Origin: a virus
DNA: 37,218 bases
Virus record (IMG/VR): IMGVR_UViG_3300020047_012036
Coordinates: 1-37,218 of that record
Strand: one strand, 5' to 3'
The notes beneath the pieces are model-generated. The model was not told where the DNA came from, made no database searches, and was given only the letters and a program-made list of their open reading frames with translations. Numbering within the stretch: position 1 is the stretch's first letter; each line of letters opens with the position of its first letter. This document shows positions 1 through 8,669 of this stretch, one piece after another. Position numbers and translations under genes: made by a program.

Positions 1-121
1 TCGAGCCGGGATCGAGCATTTTCATATATTGGAAAATCATCGACATATCGCTCGCTCCGGAAGGCTGTTCCGAAGTTGCTGCGGCTTCGATTCCGGAATA
101 CGCCATCATTCTTTCGCGGGT
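1..121. repeat. Terminal direct repeat, identical to 37098-37218. Consistent with the overlap of a circular or terminally redundant genome of unit length 37097 bp.
   Basis: Base-by-base comparison of the first 121 nt (tcgagccgggatcgagc...ctttcgcgggt) with the last 121 nt shows identity. Confidence 0.95.
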
Positions 122-619
122 TGCGGCTGTGGTTTTGTCAGCGTCGTACTTACCGCGCAAATCATACGCTCTGTTAAGTTCTTTTTCCGACATATCCCGC
201 GCCCTATCGACGCCAGTTTGTTTTTCCTTCGCTGTTGTTTCCGCCGCAAACCGCTCCCGCGCCGAAAGGTCCGGCATCATCCAAACGTCACGCTTGGTTC
301 CACCTTCGCCTGGCATCCAAAGCTTGACCGCCCCGGGCTGATCGGGGGCCGATTCACGCCATCCCTGTTGCTGCATTTTGGCGAGGTCAGTGTAATCGAT
401 CATGCCGGAAGCTTTGTTTTTCGCCGCTTCGGTTTCAGCTACGGTTTTATCCTTTTCTGCTTCGTATGCCTTAATTTTGGCATCCCGCTCCTCTTTTAAA
501 GCCTCAAGCTGGGAGGAATCCTTGTAAAGGCCGTAAACGGTCGAAGCCACCTGAAGACCCTTAAGAACCTCTCCCAATGAATCCCGGCGTTGCATTTGAG
601 GAACGTGAACATCAGCCAT
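1..619 (-). CDS. N-terminal part of a junction-spanning virion or ejection protein candidate. It continues at 37097 down to 36694, about 340 aa in total.
   Basis: ATG at 619-617. Hand translation MADVHVPQMQRRDSLGEVLKGL...RERMMAYSGIEAA stays open to base 1. It is in frame with the listed ORF 36694..37206 (position 109 equals 37206; 619-109=510). Missing from the ORF track because no stop lies within the window edge. Confidence 0.8.
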   Translation of the reverse strand, partial: MADVHVPQMQRRDSLGEVLKGLQVASTVYGLYKDSSQLEALKEERDAKIKAYEAEKDKTVAETEAAKNKASGMIDYTDLAKMQQQGWRESAPDQPGAVKLWMPGEGGTKRDVWMMPDLSARERFAAETTAKEKQTGVDRARDMSEKELNRAYDLRGKYDADKTTAATRERMMAYSGIEAAATSEQPSGASDMSMIFQYMKMLDPGS

Positions 620-967
620 TTACGCCATCCCCGCGCTTTGACGCGATTGTTTTGCAAGTTTAAGAGCCTGCTCGATTGTTGATCCGTATTCTTTTTGAAT
701 CTCTGGGGGCTGGTAGGCCAACGCTTCCTTAGCCTGAGCCAGGGACATGACCGGATCTTCCTGCTGCAGTTGGTTCATGCGGCGGGACATGGCGTCGGAT
801 TCGACGTTAGCAACCTGTTGAGGCTGACTGTCGGAGGAAGAAAGCCCGGAGGCACCAGAAAAAGCCATGGCCGGGTTGCCGGTAGCAACCCCCATAGCCA
901 ATTGCCCAGCGGACATTAATTCACCGATATCGTTTTTTTGTTTTGCTTGAGGCATAAAAATAGCCAT
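620..967 (-). CDS. Hypothetical small virion or internal protein, 115 aa, Gly/Ala/Ser-rich at the N-terminus.
   Basis: ORF 620..988. The ATG at 967 (MAIFMPQ) overlaps the upstream TAA (TAATG), so it is the preferred start. The gene sits in the run of co-oriented late genes. Confidence 0.6.
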   Translation of the reverse strand: MAIFMPQAKQKNDIGELMSAGQLAMGVATGNPAMAFSGASGLSSSDSQPQQVANVESDAMSRRMNQLQQEDPVMSLAQAKEALAYQPPEIQKEYGSTIEQALKLAKQSRQSAGMA

Positions 968-1614
968 TAAAATAATCCCTCCGCCCAACCTTTGCCGCCC
1001 TTGACTGCGCCCGCGGTCGAAAGGGTGACAAGTTTGTCAAGCATCCCCGGTTCTTCGTTGATGGCTTGGATACGTCTAGCCATCCCCTGATTGAATCCAT
1101 CGATCTCTTTTTGGTAACGAAATCTTTCTTTTTCGAAAGCCATCGACTTGTTAAATTGACGTCTAGCCATAGAAATTTGTTGTTTTTTCAAGCTATAGTC
1201 CTTATCGAACATTTGTTCCTGTAGCGCCCTGCTTAAGCTTGATTCATTCGCCGCAAACTTCTGAGCTGCTTCCCGCTCAGTCACTGCAAAACCACGCTGC
1301 TTTTCGGCTTCGCCCGCACCAAAGGCTTGAGCTGCCTCCCTCTCAGCGCGGGAAAACTGGCGGCCCTTTTCTTGTTCCGCTTCCTGATATTGTTCTTGAG
1401 CCTGAGCCAAGTCGACGCCCTGCAAATTTTCCGCAAGCTGCTGCTGACCTTTTTGCTCCACCTGGGACATGACTCGCATCGATGCCCCGGACCCAAGGCC
1501 TCCAGAGGCCGCAAATCGGCGCTTCATGGCTTCGGACTGGTCTTCAATTGCGGTCCGCCCCTGCCTTGATGCCCGCTGGCGCATTAATTCGTAACGATCA
1601 ATCGGCGCTGCCAT
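967..1614 (-). CDS. Coiled-coil Gln/Glu/Ala-rich protein, 215 aa; internal virion or ejection protein candidate.
   Basis: ATG at 1614 overlaps the stop of the upstream tail gene (TAATG). Low-complexity helical composition (QAQEQYQEAEQEKGRQF...). Position is directly after the nozzle-like gene. Confidence 0.6.
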   Translation of the reverse strand: MAAPIDRYELMRQRASRQGRTAIEDQSEAMKRRFAASGGLGSGASMRVMSQVEQKGQQQLAENLQGVDLAQAQEQYQEAEQEKGRQFSRAEREAAQAFGAGEAEKQRGFAVTEREAAQKFAANESSLSRALQEQMFDKDYSLKKQQISMARRQFNKSMAFEKERFRYQKEIDGFNQGMARRIQAINEEPGMLDKLVTLSTAGAVKGGKGWAEGLF

Positions 1615-3509
1615 TACCGCCTCCCTTTCAAGTTATATGTGAAGTTGAGCCCGTAAAGCTTAAACTTCTGATTGACTGTATTGTTGTTGGAAAGCTTAAA
1701 TTGGATTCGCTTACCCCGAAGAACGCCTAGCGACAAAGATTCCTCCGCGGCATCCACGCCAGCGTCCCATTGCCCCGTTCCCCAAAGGAAATTGTTCCAT
1801 GTAGTTCCACCCGGATCAAGATCGATCTGCTTTTGGTTGCCGTCGCCACGGTCAGAGTCGACTCGACATCGCAGTTCCATGTTATAGTCGCCTGATTTTT
1901 CAAAAAGCAGGTCGCAGAAGCGAAAATCCTTAGTATAACCCTCATGGCCTGGAGCGCCCGAAAACTCCTTGGTCCAAATATAGGAGTTGATGGCTGACCC
2001 ATCGTCGTTAAACGTGGTTTTGTTCATTTGGTAAACAAAGCCATTGGCTGTCGAAGTGGCGCAATAGAGCTCGTTATTATATATCGTGAAAAACGATGCA
2101 TTGATGCCGGACCATGGGATCCAGCTTTTCTTTTTACTTTTGACCAGCTTAGAAAGGCCGAAATCAACCACATAAATCCGGTTGTTTGTCGTGTTCCCTG
2201 AGCCCTTGGTAACTGAAAAATAAATCTTGTTTTTATAAACAATTCCCGCGATTTTACTGGCGTTTGAAAAAATGAAATCATCGACATCAGGCATGATCTG
2301 CAAGGATTGTAAGTCGGATGCGACAGCCTGGACGGGGTTAACTGTCAAGGTTGGGTCAACAGCGTTGCCGGCAAAGTCAGCGAAACCCACAAACCTATCG
2401 GATTCCACCGCGGGAAACATCAGTTTATTATCGTACCGCACAACGCCGAACGGGGATTTCGTCCCGTAGGGGCTTTTTGATACCAGCTTGACCCAATTGG
2501 TGTCATCAGTGTCGGGCATGTAAATCAAAGTCGCGGTTTTATCCCCGAAAACAACGACGTTATTTTCCTGAACTTCGATAGCGCGAACCAAGTCATCAGT
2601 ATTATCGCCGACTTTGATGAAATTTGTGGCGCCGAACACATATGGCGTCCCAAGATCGGAATACCAAATATAGTTAGGGTTATCGAGGTCGTTAACAAAA
2701 AGCCGGTCGCTATGATATTTGATTACCGAGTATTTTGGAGGCTCATAATTGTCTGATGGGGCCGCCGCACCGAGTGAAGCCGAAGCTATGTTGTCAACAT
2801 ACCCAGAGGTCACGTTATCAGTGAGGGTTGTCACTCGATACCATGTCAATTGATCGCTGGAACGATAAATTCGGCGGTACAAAACGCCGTAGCTTGCCGG
2901 GCCGGTCGGTATACCCGAAAGATCGACCTGACCGTTTACGATTGCGACCGCAGTGGTTGCGCTCGATGGGTTTCCCTCGACAAGCGCCGAATTGACAAAG
3001 GTCACCTTGTAAGAATAGGTGCCATTGAGGCCTCCAGTCCCAGCGCAGACCGCAGACGCCGCAGCCGGAGCCGACGGGATGCCGTGCCGGGTGAAAAGTG
3101 TGCCATCGTACTTATAGCCGGTGGTGCCATTGTTCATGAAGGCATAGTTTTGATATTCGGCCGCCATCACTGGGGTTGCTGCGGTATAGACTGACTGAGC
3201 GCTTGGAACGGTAATAAATGTGGTCGTGGCAAGGTAATGCATACTGCCGTTGAACCAGGCGCACATGGTTTCGGCCCCGGTGCGGTCGTGGCGGGTAAAT
3301 AAGCCATCGCAGGCATAAGATCCGACCGCCGTGGTGTTAAGCTTCGATGTTCCGCCGCGGGTTTCCACAGCCCGCCCGTCGAAAACGACATTTAAAGCGT
3401 CCGGGGTCTCGGAATCGTCAATTAAATACCGGTCAAATTTATTGTTTTTCCCACCGTCAAAGACTAGGCGGTTTTTCGGGGGGTAAACGTATTCACCGAA
3501 AGCAGGCAT
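1614..3509 (-). CDS. Large tail structural protein, 631 aa; nozzle or tail tubular protein B-like.
   Basis: ATG at 3509 directly follows the upstream TAA. Size and position after the adaptor-like gene match podovirus tails. N-terminus NRLVFDGGKNNK...ALNVVFDGRAVETRGG resembles podoviral tube protein N-termini. The function is assigned from position and composition only. Confidence 0.5.
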   Translation of the reverse strand: MPAFGEYVYPPKNRLVFDGGKNNKFDRYLIDDSETPDALNVVFDGRAVETRGGTSKLNTTAVGSYACDGLFTRHDRTGAETMCAWFNGSMHYLATTTFITVPSAQSVYTAATPVMAAEYQNYAFMNNGTTGYKYDGTLFTRHGIPSAPAAASAVCAGTGGLNGTYSYKVTFVNSALVEGNPSSATTAVAIVNGQVDLSGIPTGPASYGVLYRRIYRSSDQLTWYRVTTLTDNVTSGYVDNIASASLGAAAPSDNYEPPKYSVIKYHSDRLFVNDLDNPNYIWYSDLGTPYVFGATNFIKVGDNTDDLVRAIEVQENNVVVFGDKTATLIYMPDTDDTNWVKLVSKSPYGTKSPFGVVRYDNKLMFPAVESDRFVGFADFAGNAVDPTLTVNPVQAVASDLQSLQIMPDVDDFIFSNASKIAGIVYKNKIYFSVTKGSGNTTNNRIYVVDFGLSKLVKSKKKSWIPWSGINASFFTIYNNELYCATSTANGFVYQMNKTTFNDDGSAINSYIWTKEFSGAPGHEGYTKDFRFCDLLFEKSGDYNMELRCRVDSDRGDGNQKQIDLDPGGTTWNNFLWGTGQWDAGVDAAEESLSLGVLRGKRIQFKLSNNNTVNQKFKLYGLNFTYNLKGRR

Positions 3510-4151
3510 TTACCACTTCCTTTCAGTATATCCATCGACGTCGATATTCTTGACCATGGCCGGGGAATCGCCGCGTTTGGATCTGCGATATTCCCTGATG
3601 CGAAGGATTTTCATTTCGGTAAATTTATTTCTCGCCCGATCAGAGGCCGCAAAGTTCTTGTCCTTGAACGCCATTTCTGCAACCAGCCCCTCAACTATGA
3701 CGGGATGAAATATGGCGGGCAAAGAAATGGTAGCTGTATTGCTGATGGTTTGTTGGTTGTCGTGGCTGTAAATCAAAAGGGTTTTTGTATCGTCAGGGAC
3801 TGGGAATAGATAAATAACCCGATTCCATAGAACATAGTGCCGAGGGGTTCCAGATCCGTAAGTTCCTGCGCTATTTGTGTATTTTTGATCAGCTTCTTCG
3901 AAAGTAATCTGCTCGATTTTTTTCCCGTCATAGGTCATGCGACGAATATTGATGGCATTGGTTGGGAAATCGTATTCCTGCTGGCTCGCCACCGTTGTAG
4001 TGGAATATTTCCCCTCAATAACCAGCCCGTCGCTTATGATTTCGCAACATAGGCCATAAATGACCTCGTAAAGTTCGGTGTCGGAAAAGAAGTTATCACC
4101 GATCGCGTTGTATCGGTTTCGAGCTGCTTCAATTATTTCGGCAGGGGTCAT
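3510..4151 (-). CDS. Head-tail adaptor or tail tubular protein A-like protein, 213 aa.
   Basis: ORF 3510..4157. The first codon in the track is TTG, so the ATG at 4151 (MTPAEIIEAARNRYN) is preferred. Size and placement immediately upstream of the large tail protein support the call. Confidence 0.45.
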   Translation of the reverse strand: MTPAEIIEAARNRYNAIGDNFFSDTELYEVIYGLCCEIISDGLVIEGKYSTTTVASQQEYDFPTNAINIRRMTYDGKKIEQITFEEADQKYTNSAGTYGSGTPRHYVLWNRVIYLFPVPDDTKTLLIYSHDNQQTISNTATISLPAIFHPVIVEGLVAEMAFKDKNFAASDRARNKFTEMKILRIREYRRSKRGDSPAMVKNIDVDGYTERKW

Positions 4152-4153
4152 GT

Positions 4154-4537
4154 TCAAGTCCAGGTCGTAGAGGGTCGGCTGGACGTGGTGAAGGTTGCGG
4201 TATCATACGTCAAGGCCGACCATGTTGTTGAAATGCGGTTTTCCGCTTCCGTCGATCCGCCCGGGAACACATAGTAATAACCCGAGCCATCCTGCAAAGT
4301 CTCAGAAGTAGTTTCACTCGATACAGTCAAACTTTCTGCGATTTGATGGGATGCCGACTTGACGATATCAGAATCAATCGTCTGGGTTTCATCGACCACA
4401 TGGCCGATAGCAGCCGGTAAATCCTCGCTGGCGTATGCCCACTTATCCGTCCCCCAGAGCATCCCCCCCCAGCTTTCGCTTGGTTCGGGCCCGAATATCA
4501 GGACGGTATTATTGATGGTAATCGATAAATCCGCCAA
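4154..4537 (-). CDS. Hypothetical Ser/Thr-rich virion protein, 127 aa.
   Basis: TTG start at 4537 preceded by GAGGG. Ser/Thr-rich (TVSSETTSETL, TFTTSSRPSTTWT). Co-oriented in the structural block. Confidence 0.55.
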   Translation of the reverse strand: MADLSITINNTVLIFGPEPSESWGGMLWGTDKWAYASEDLPAAIGHVVDETQTIDSDIVKSASHQIAESLTVSSETTSETLQDGSGYYYVFPGGSTEAENRISTTWSALTYDTATFTTSSRPSTTWT

Positions 4538-4559
4538 AATTACCCTCGATTACCAGAAA

Positions 4560-5027
4560 TTAGGACAAAGTTACCCTCGTCGTTACGGTTAGGGTATCGT
4601 TTGCCCCTTTTGTTATCAGGCTCTCGGTGTCACGGGAAAACATAGTCCCCGCGGTCGAACTTGAAAAAAGGCCGTACTCATAAATAGAGCCTGTCCCAAC
4701 GCCCGTCGCAAAAGTCGCAGTGACTTGGAAAATTGCCCCCGAAACATAGGAAACCGTCCCGGTATGCCGAGCCAGCTCCGTCCCTAGGGTCGTGTTCCCA
4801 ACTGCTTCAGCCGTTGCATCGGATCCGATCGCAATATACTTGCAAGTGAAGGTCGATGCTGCCGCTGCTGCAGATTTGAGGAACGACGCCAGGAATTCTT
4901 TCCCCACCGTCGTCACCACGTTTTTACCATGCCGCTCATCTTTCAAAGCGCCATTCGGCCCATATAAATACATGGACCAGAAGCCCTCAACCTTTGCGTC
5001 GCTGTTGCATCCGTAAACGGTTTTCAT
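4560..5027 (-). CDS. Hypothetical virion structural protein, 155 aa.
   Basis: ATG at 5027 overlaps the upstream TGA (TGATG). Beta-rich composition with an Ala/Thr/Gly-rich surface-like sequence. Confidence 0.6.
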   Translation of the reverse strand: MKTVYGCNSDAKVEGFWSMYLYGPNGALKDERHGKNVVTTVGKEFLASFLKSAAAAASTFTCKYIAIGSDATAEAVGNTTLGTELARHTGTVSYVSGAIFQVTATFATGVGTGSIYEYGLFSSSTAGTMFSRDTESLITKGANDTLTVTTRVTLS

Positions 5028-5479
5028 CACATTTCCTTACGTGGTCGACCCGGGCTTTTCTTGACCTGAGCAGCCAGCGCTTCTTCGCTCACAAACGATG
5101 TTTTAGTCTGATTAGCGCTAATTTCTGCCTCTGCCTCGTCATCTTTTGCAAACTGATCGGCGTGATGTTCTTCGGTGTGGGCCGAGAGCTCCCGCGCTGA
5201 CAGGCAAACGTGGCCGCAGGCCATGCATTTGTGGTTGTTTTGAACTTGGATAGGCCGCGCCGGGCCATACTTCCCTTCGATTTCGAGCATTTTGAAGGAT
5301 TCGGGCTTTTGCACCTTGTTGCCGTCAAATTTCGGGGGGTAATACTGTCCACAAAATTGGATAGCGTCCTCACGATCCATTTCGACATATTTGCCAGCGG
5401 GGATTCTGATGATGTCATCTTTGTATCGCTCAACATGATCAGTCGTTTTTCGGTTCCAAATCTTGACGATGCGCTGCAT
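5027..5479 (-). CDS. C2H2 zinc-finger protein with an AT-hook-like C-terminus, 150 aa.
   Basis: ATG at 5479 preceded by GAGG; the track start at 5491 is TTG. Motif C-x2-C-x12-H-x3/4-H in HKCMACGHVCLSARELSAHTEEHH. C-terminal KKSPGRPRK. Confidence 0.65.
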   Translation of the reverse strand: MQRIVKIWNRKTTDHVERYKDDIIRIPAGKYVEMDREDAIQFCGQYYPPKFDGNKVQKPESFKMLEIEGKYGPARPIQVQNNHKCMACGHVCLSARELSAHTEEHHADQFAKDDEAEAEISANQTKTSFVSEEALAAQVKKSPGRPRKEM

Positions 5480-5487
5480 AAAAAACC

Positions 5488-5838
5488 TCAATAAAATACT
5501 AAGTTAAAACAAGCCGTGGTCGCAGTCATGGCGGTGGAAAATTCAACCTTCCAGTATTTGAAACCGCCATGGTCGAGTTCCACGTTACAATTTGTGACCG
5601 AAGAAGCCAAATAGATAGGGCCTGGGTTGGCGTTTGAAATCCCAGGGCTATGGTAAAGGCGGCGATAGGTCGTGCCGTCATGGGACACCTTGAAATAAAT
5701 GTCAGTCCCGGATGCCATCGAATGAATCTCGACGCCAACCCGCTCGAAGTGGCCGGGCAAAGGCCCCATTGCCGTCGAGAGAGTTGCCCCCGATGGCATT
5801 GAGCAGGTGTATTTATAGGGCTGCCAAGGGTAAGTCAT
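5488..5838 (-). CDS. Hypothetical small structural protein, 116 aa.
   Basis: ATG at 5838 with GAAAGGTGG upstream. Co-oriented, with no competing ORF. Confidence 0.6.
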   Translation of the reverse strand: MTYPWQPYKYTCSMPSGATLSTAMGPLPGHFERVGVEIHSMASGTDIYFKVSHDGTTYRRLYHSPGISNANPGPIYLASSVTNCNVELDHGGFKYWKVEFSTAMTATTACFNLVFY

Positions 5839-5855
5839 GGGACGCCACCTTTCGG

Positions 5856-6134
5856 TTAATGGCCGTAAACGTGGAGGTAAAAATGGTCGCCAGACGTGAT
5901 GCCCGTTACCGCGATGTAACCAGGCGATGACGTGCCGGCCGAAAGCACGTTGTGCTTAATCTTTGGGCCGCCTGATGCGCCGGTCGACATGGACCGAGGA
6001 ACGAAATTATAAAAGTCGACGCTCTTTAACCCGGTGGCGAAAGCATCGGAGGCCGCGTCAGCTACGCACGACAGAATGTAAAGAGCCTTGTTGCCAAAAA
6101 CTGTTTTTTCGACAGTCGAAACGCTAAAAGCCAT
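5856..6134 (-). CDS. Hypothetical small Ser/Thr/Gly-rich structural protein, 92 aa.
   Basis: ATG at 6134 preceded by AAAGGGGAAAG. Lies immediately downstream of the Maf-like gene. Confidence 0.6.
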   Translation of the reverse strand: MAFSVSTVEKTVFGNKALYILSCVADAASDAFATGLKSVDFYNFVPRSMSTGASGGPKIKHNVLSAGTSSPGYIAVTGITSGDHFYLHVYGH

Positions 6135-6149
6135 GACTTTCCCCTTTTG

Positions 6150-7169
6150 TTAGAAAACCATGAGGTCCGATGGGACGGCAGGGTTTTCGCATTGTGACCT
6201 GGAATGACGATGAACTGTCATCATCTCGTAAACAAAATCAAGCGGCATTTGGATTATCTGACGGATATTGCCGTCGGGATAGCTTCCTAAACATCCGCCT
6301 TCGCTGGCGTTGATCCAAAACCCGGGCACCGTAGCCGCAATGTATTCAAACCACTGCTTAAAGTTTGCGTACGATGGCCAGCTTGAGACCTTAACGCCGA
6401 AAATATCGGTTAACCGCACAACTTGACCCATATTGCCGTCGTACTTGGAATCCCAGGCATGAAACTTTTCATCATACCCGAAACTAAAATCCGCTCCGAC
6501 AAACACTATGGGGTTGGCCCCACAAATGGCCTTGGCAAAATAAAGGCAAGCCCCAAGGACATTGCCGCCATTACCAAGCCGGGTCGAAAACACTTCATCA
6601 ATTTCCTTGAGACCTTCTTGCATCTTGCGATCGGGTATCGGAGCATTGAAAAAGTAAACCTCACCCTGCCACTTAGCGAGTAACTCGGGATCCGTTCCAA
6701 TGAAAGCAAGTAGTTTGCGCCCTTTGGAGAGATCCCAATATTCTTCAGGGGTCTTTTTCCCCCCCTCGGAAACCTCGTCAACAGTCACCTTCCCAGCATC
6801 AAGGGTGACATAAAAATCGACTCTTGCCCCACTATCCTCCATGGCGTGGAAGTTATGGAGGCAAGAAACTAGCCCGACGCTTTCGGGTCGGTCTTTCAGT
6901 TTGTGAATATTGTTTTTGAGGCTTGGGCCTGATCCTGCAATAATGCAAGGTCGGTTATCGTAGAGTCCCCAGAATTGTCCTAAACCGTGCTCAGCAAAAG
7001 ATCCGTAGGTTTTTTTGTTCTTACGGATGTTTGAAAGCCATGTTTCCCGCCAGTGGTCGATGGTTGGGCCATCGTTTGAGGCAGCGTTTGCTAGCATCTG
7101 CCTCGGGTGCACTGGGGGGTTGTCGATATAATTCTGCAACTCAACAACAATCTCGACCTTTTTTCTCAT
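6150..7169 (-). CDS. Maf/DUF115 (MAF_flag10, MptE-like) family protein; putative nonulosonic-acid glycosyltransferase.
   Basis: The motifs NRPCIIAGSGPSLKNNIHKLK, VDFYVTLDAG and GGNVLGACLYFAKAICGANPIVFVGADFSFGY match my recollection of the motility-associated-factor family core. The start context TTTGAGGTTTAGGGCATG is nearly identical to that of the dehydratase gene at 33448. Confidence 0.65.
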   Translation of the reverse strand: MRKKVEIVVELQNYIDNPPVHPRQMLANAASNDGPTIDHWRETWLSNIRKNKKTYGSFAEHGLGQFWGLYDNRPCIIAGSGPSLKNNIHKLKDRPESVGLVSCLHNFHAMEDSGARVDFYVTLDAGKVTVDEVSEGGKKTPEEYWDLSKGRKLLAFIGTDPELLAKWQGEVYFFNAPIPDRKMQEGLKEIDEVFSTRLGNGGNVLGACLYFAKAICGANPIVFVGADFSFGYDEKFHAWDSKYDGNMGQVVRLTDIFGVKVSSWPSYANFKQWFEYIAATVPGFWINASEGGCLGSYPDGNIRQIIQMPLDFVYEMMTVHRHSRSQCENPAVPSDLMVF

Positions 7170-7201
7170 GCCCTAAACCTCAAAATATTCAAAAACTCAA
7201 A

Positions 7202-7672
7202 TTAAAATACGCTGACGTAAGCCATGCCGGAAGCGCCGGAAGCGATGGCTTCCATGACCTTGCCCAATACCGGGCCGGTATGACCGGTGACGGATGACTT
7301 CATTGCAAAGGTCCCATCAACCCCAACAGTCAGGATTTCACCAACTGCTGCAGAGTTGTTGGCGCCCATTTCAACCGAGGTGAAGCCTTTGGTCAGCAGC
7401 CAACCATAGTAACCCGTTGCAATCGATTCATGCTTGGCAACGCCAACCACGATATCAACGCCGGTCACCGTGGAAACCGTGACGGAATATCCGGTCACTG
7501 CGGACAGGGTTGTCGCATGACCCACGGGAATCACGCTGTTGCCTGCGTTGTAAACAAATCGATACTCCTCGTCACCATAGCGACGGGTGTCACCGACCTG
7601 GGGATCATTGACCCCGCGGGTTGCGGTAACTAAGGAGGGGGTGCCAAAATATGAGCCTTGTCCACCGTACAT
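7202..7672 (-). CDS. Capsid decoration or cement-like protein, 156 aa.
   Basis: ATG at 7672 with CAGGAGA upstream. Located directly after the major capsid gene. Beta-rich Gly/Val/Thr composition typical of small head accessory proteins. Confidence 0.5.
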   Translation of the reverse strand: MYGGQGSYFGTPSLVTATRGVNDPQVGDTRRYGDEEYRFVYNAGNSVIPVGHATTLSAVTGYSVTVSTVTGVDIVVGVAKHESIATGYYGWLLTKGFTSVEMGANNSAAVGEILTVGVDGTFAMKSSVTGHTGPVLGKVMEAIASGASGMAYVSVF

Positions 7673-7696
7673 AATTTTATCTCCTGATGTTTTTAA

Positions 7697-7719
7697 GCCG
7701 GGTTGCCCCGGCCGTTTTT
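7697..7719. terminator. GC-rich stem-loop between the capsid and decoration genes.
   Basis: GCCGGG ttgc CCCGGC. The T5 run follows only on the plus strand. On the coding (minus) strand the hairpin lacks a U tract, so it may be an attenuator or stability element rather than a full terminator. Confidence 0.4.
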
Positions 7720-7729
7720 GGTTTCACAA

Positions 7730-8656
7730 TTAGGCGGTGATTGCCGTCATTGCGCCGTTTTTGCGGTTGTTGTCGCACCCAAAGTTGCCGGCCCAATAAA
7801 TCTTGCCAACCTTGACGTTTTGGTTGGTTGGTTTTTGGAACGGTTCGAAGCGGAAGTCTTCTTCGGGGTGGTAAAACAAGTGCAAGGTGCCTTCGTTCAA
7901 TGCAAACAGATAACCGGTCGGGCAGTAGCTGTCCGCGATGACTGGGATGCCGTTGAACATCAGCGACGTGAAACCAGCCTTAGCGGTCTCGGTGTCGATG
8001 AAACGTTGTTGTGGCTGCAACAGCGCATAGTAGCGGTTGTAAATTGCCTTGGTGGTCATCATGACAGTTGGGTTGTCGTTATCCAACTGGCAGTCAGAAT
8101 ACAAATCTTGCATCGCAGCGACCGAAAGGGTCGTGGTGGAGCTGTCGATTTGCGCCTGGTACCATGAGTTGGAAGTCTGAGAAATGCCGCCAACGGTATT
8201 GGAGGCAGAAACCCAGTTGCGAAGGCCAAGAATTTCTTTGCTGTTGGTGCCAGCAGAGTAAAGGCCGGTACCCATCAGGGTCACGATGGTTTTTTCAGCG
8301 TTTTTCATCTTGGACTTGACGAAATCGACCATTTTTTCGGTGGAGTTGTTTTTCAACTCGTCGATGCGGCTGATGGTGATGTTGGCGTAAGCTTGTTTCC
8401 AAGCAATTTCCGCCGCCGTGAAGGTGTCGTCGTCGCTGGTGTCAAGGGTTTCGGATCCCTCGTACCAAGCCGATGGAACGTCTGCGTATTCCAGGGGCAT
8501 CACGATGGCATCGCCGCCATTGACGGATTCATAGAACTTTTCTTTTGCACGCTTTAAGAGCGGCGACTTGTCAAAAACGTTATCCGCCAATTTCTTGACG
8601 TAATATTTTGATGTGACAGCAGAAACCTGCCCATAATCCACGTTTGGAGCGGTCAT
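7730..8656 (-). CDS. Major capsid protein, 308 aa.
   Basis: Strong SD (AAGGGG) before the ATG at 8656. Canonical portal-scaffold-capsid order. Size and composition are typical of HK97-fold podoviral capsid proteins. Confidence 0.8.
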   Translation of the reverse strand: MTAPNVDYGQVSAVTSKYYVKKLADNVFDKSPLLKRAKEKFYESVNGGDAIVMPLEYADVPSAWYEGSETLDTSDDDTFTAAEIAWKQAYANITISRIDELKNNSTEKMVDFVKSKMKNAEKTIVTLMGTGLYSAGTNSKEILGLRNWVSASNTVGGISQTSNSWYQAQIDSSTTTLSVAAMQDLYSDCQLDNDNPTVMMTTKAIYNRYYALLQPQQRFIDTETAKAGFTSLMFNGIPVIADSYCPTGYLFALNEGTLHLFYHPEEDFRFEPFQKPTNQNVKVGKIYWAGNFGCDNNRKNGAMTAITA

Positions 8657-8669
8657 CTTAAACCCCTTT

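Noticed and set aside
29-499. Plus-strand ORF of 156 aa, and many similar antisense ORFs listed throughout the track.
   Set aside because: It lies entirely antisense to a well-supported minus-strand gene, starts with TTG, has no SD and has an implausible Cys/Arg/Phe-rich composition. The same reasoning applies to nearly all plus-strand ORFs outside 14521-15393.
7697-7719. Plus-strand rho-independent terminator after the hairpin GCCGGGttgcCCCGGC plus T5.
   Set aside because: No plus-strand gene or promoter lies upstream. The hairpin is more plausibly an RNA element acting on the minus-strand capsid transcript, so I report it only as a stem-loop.
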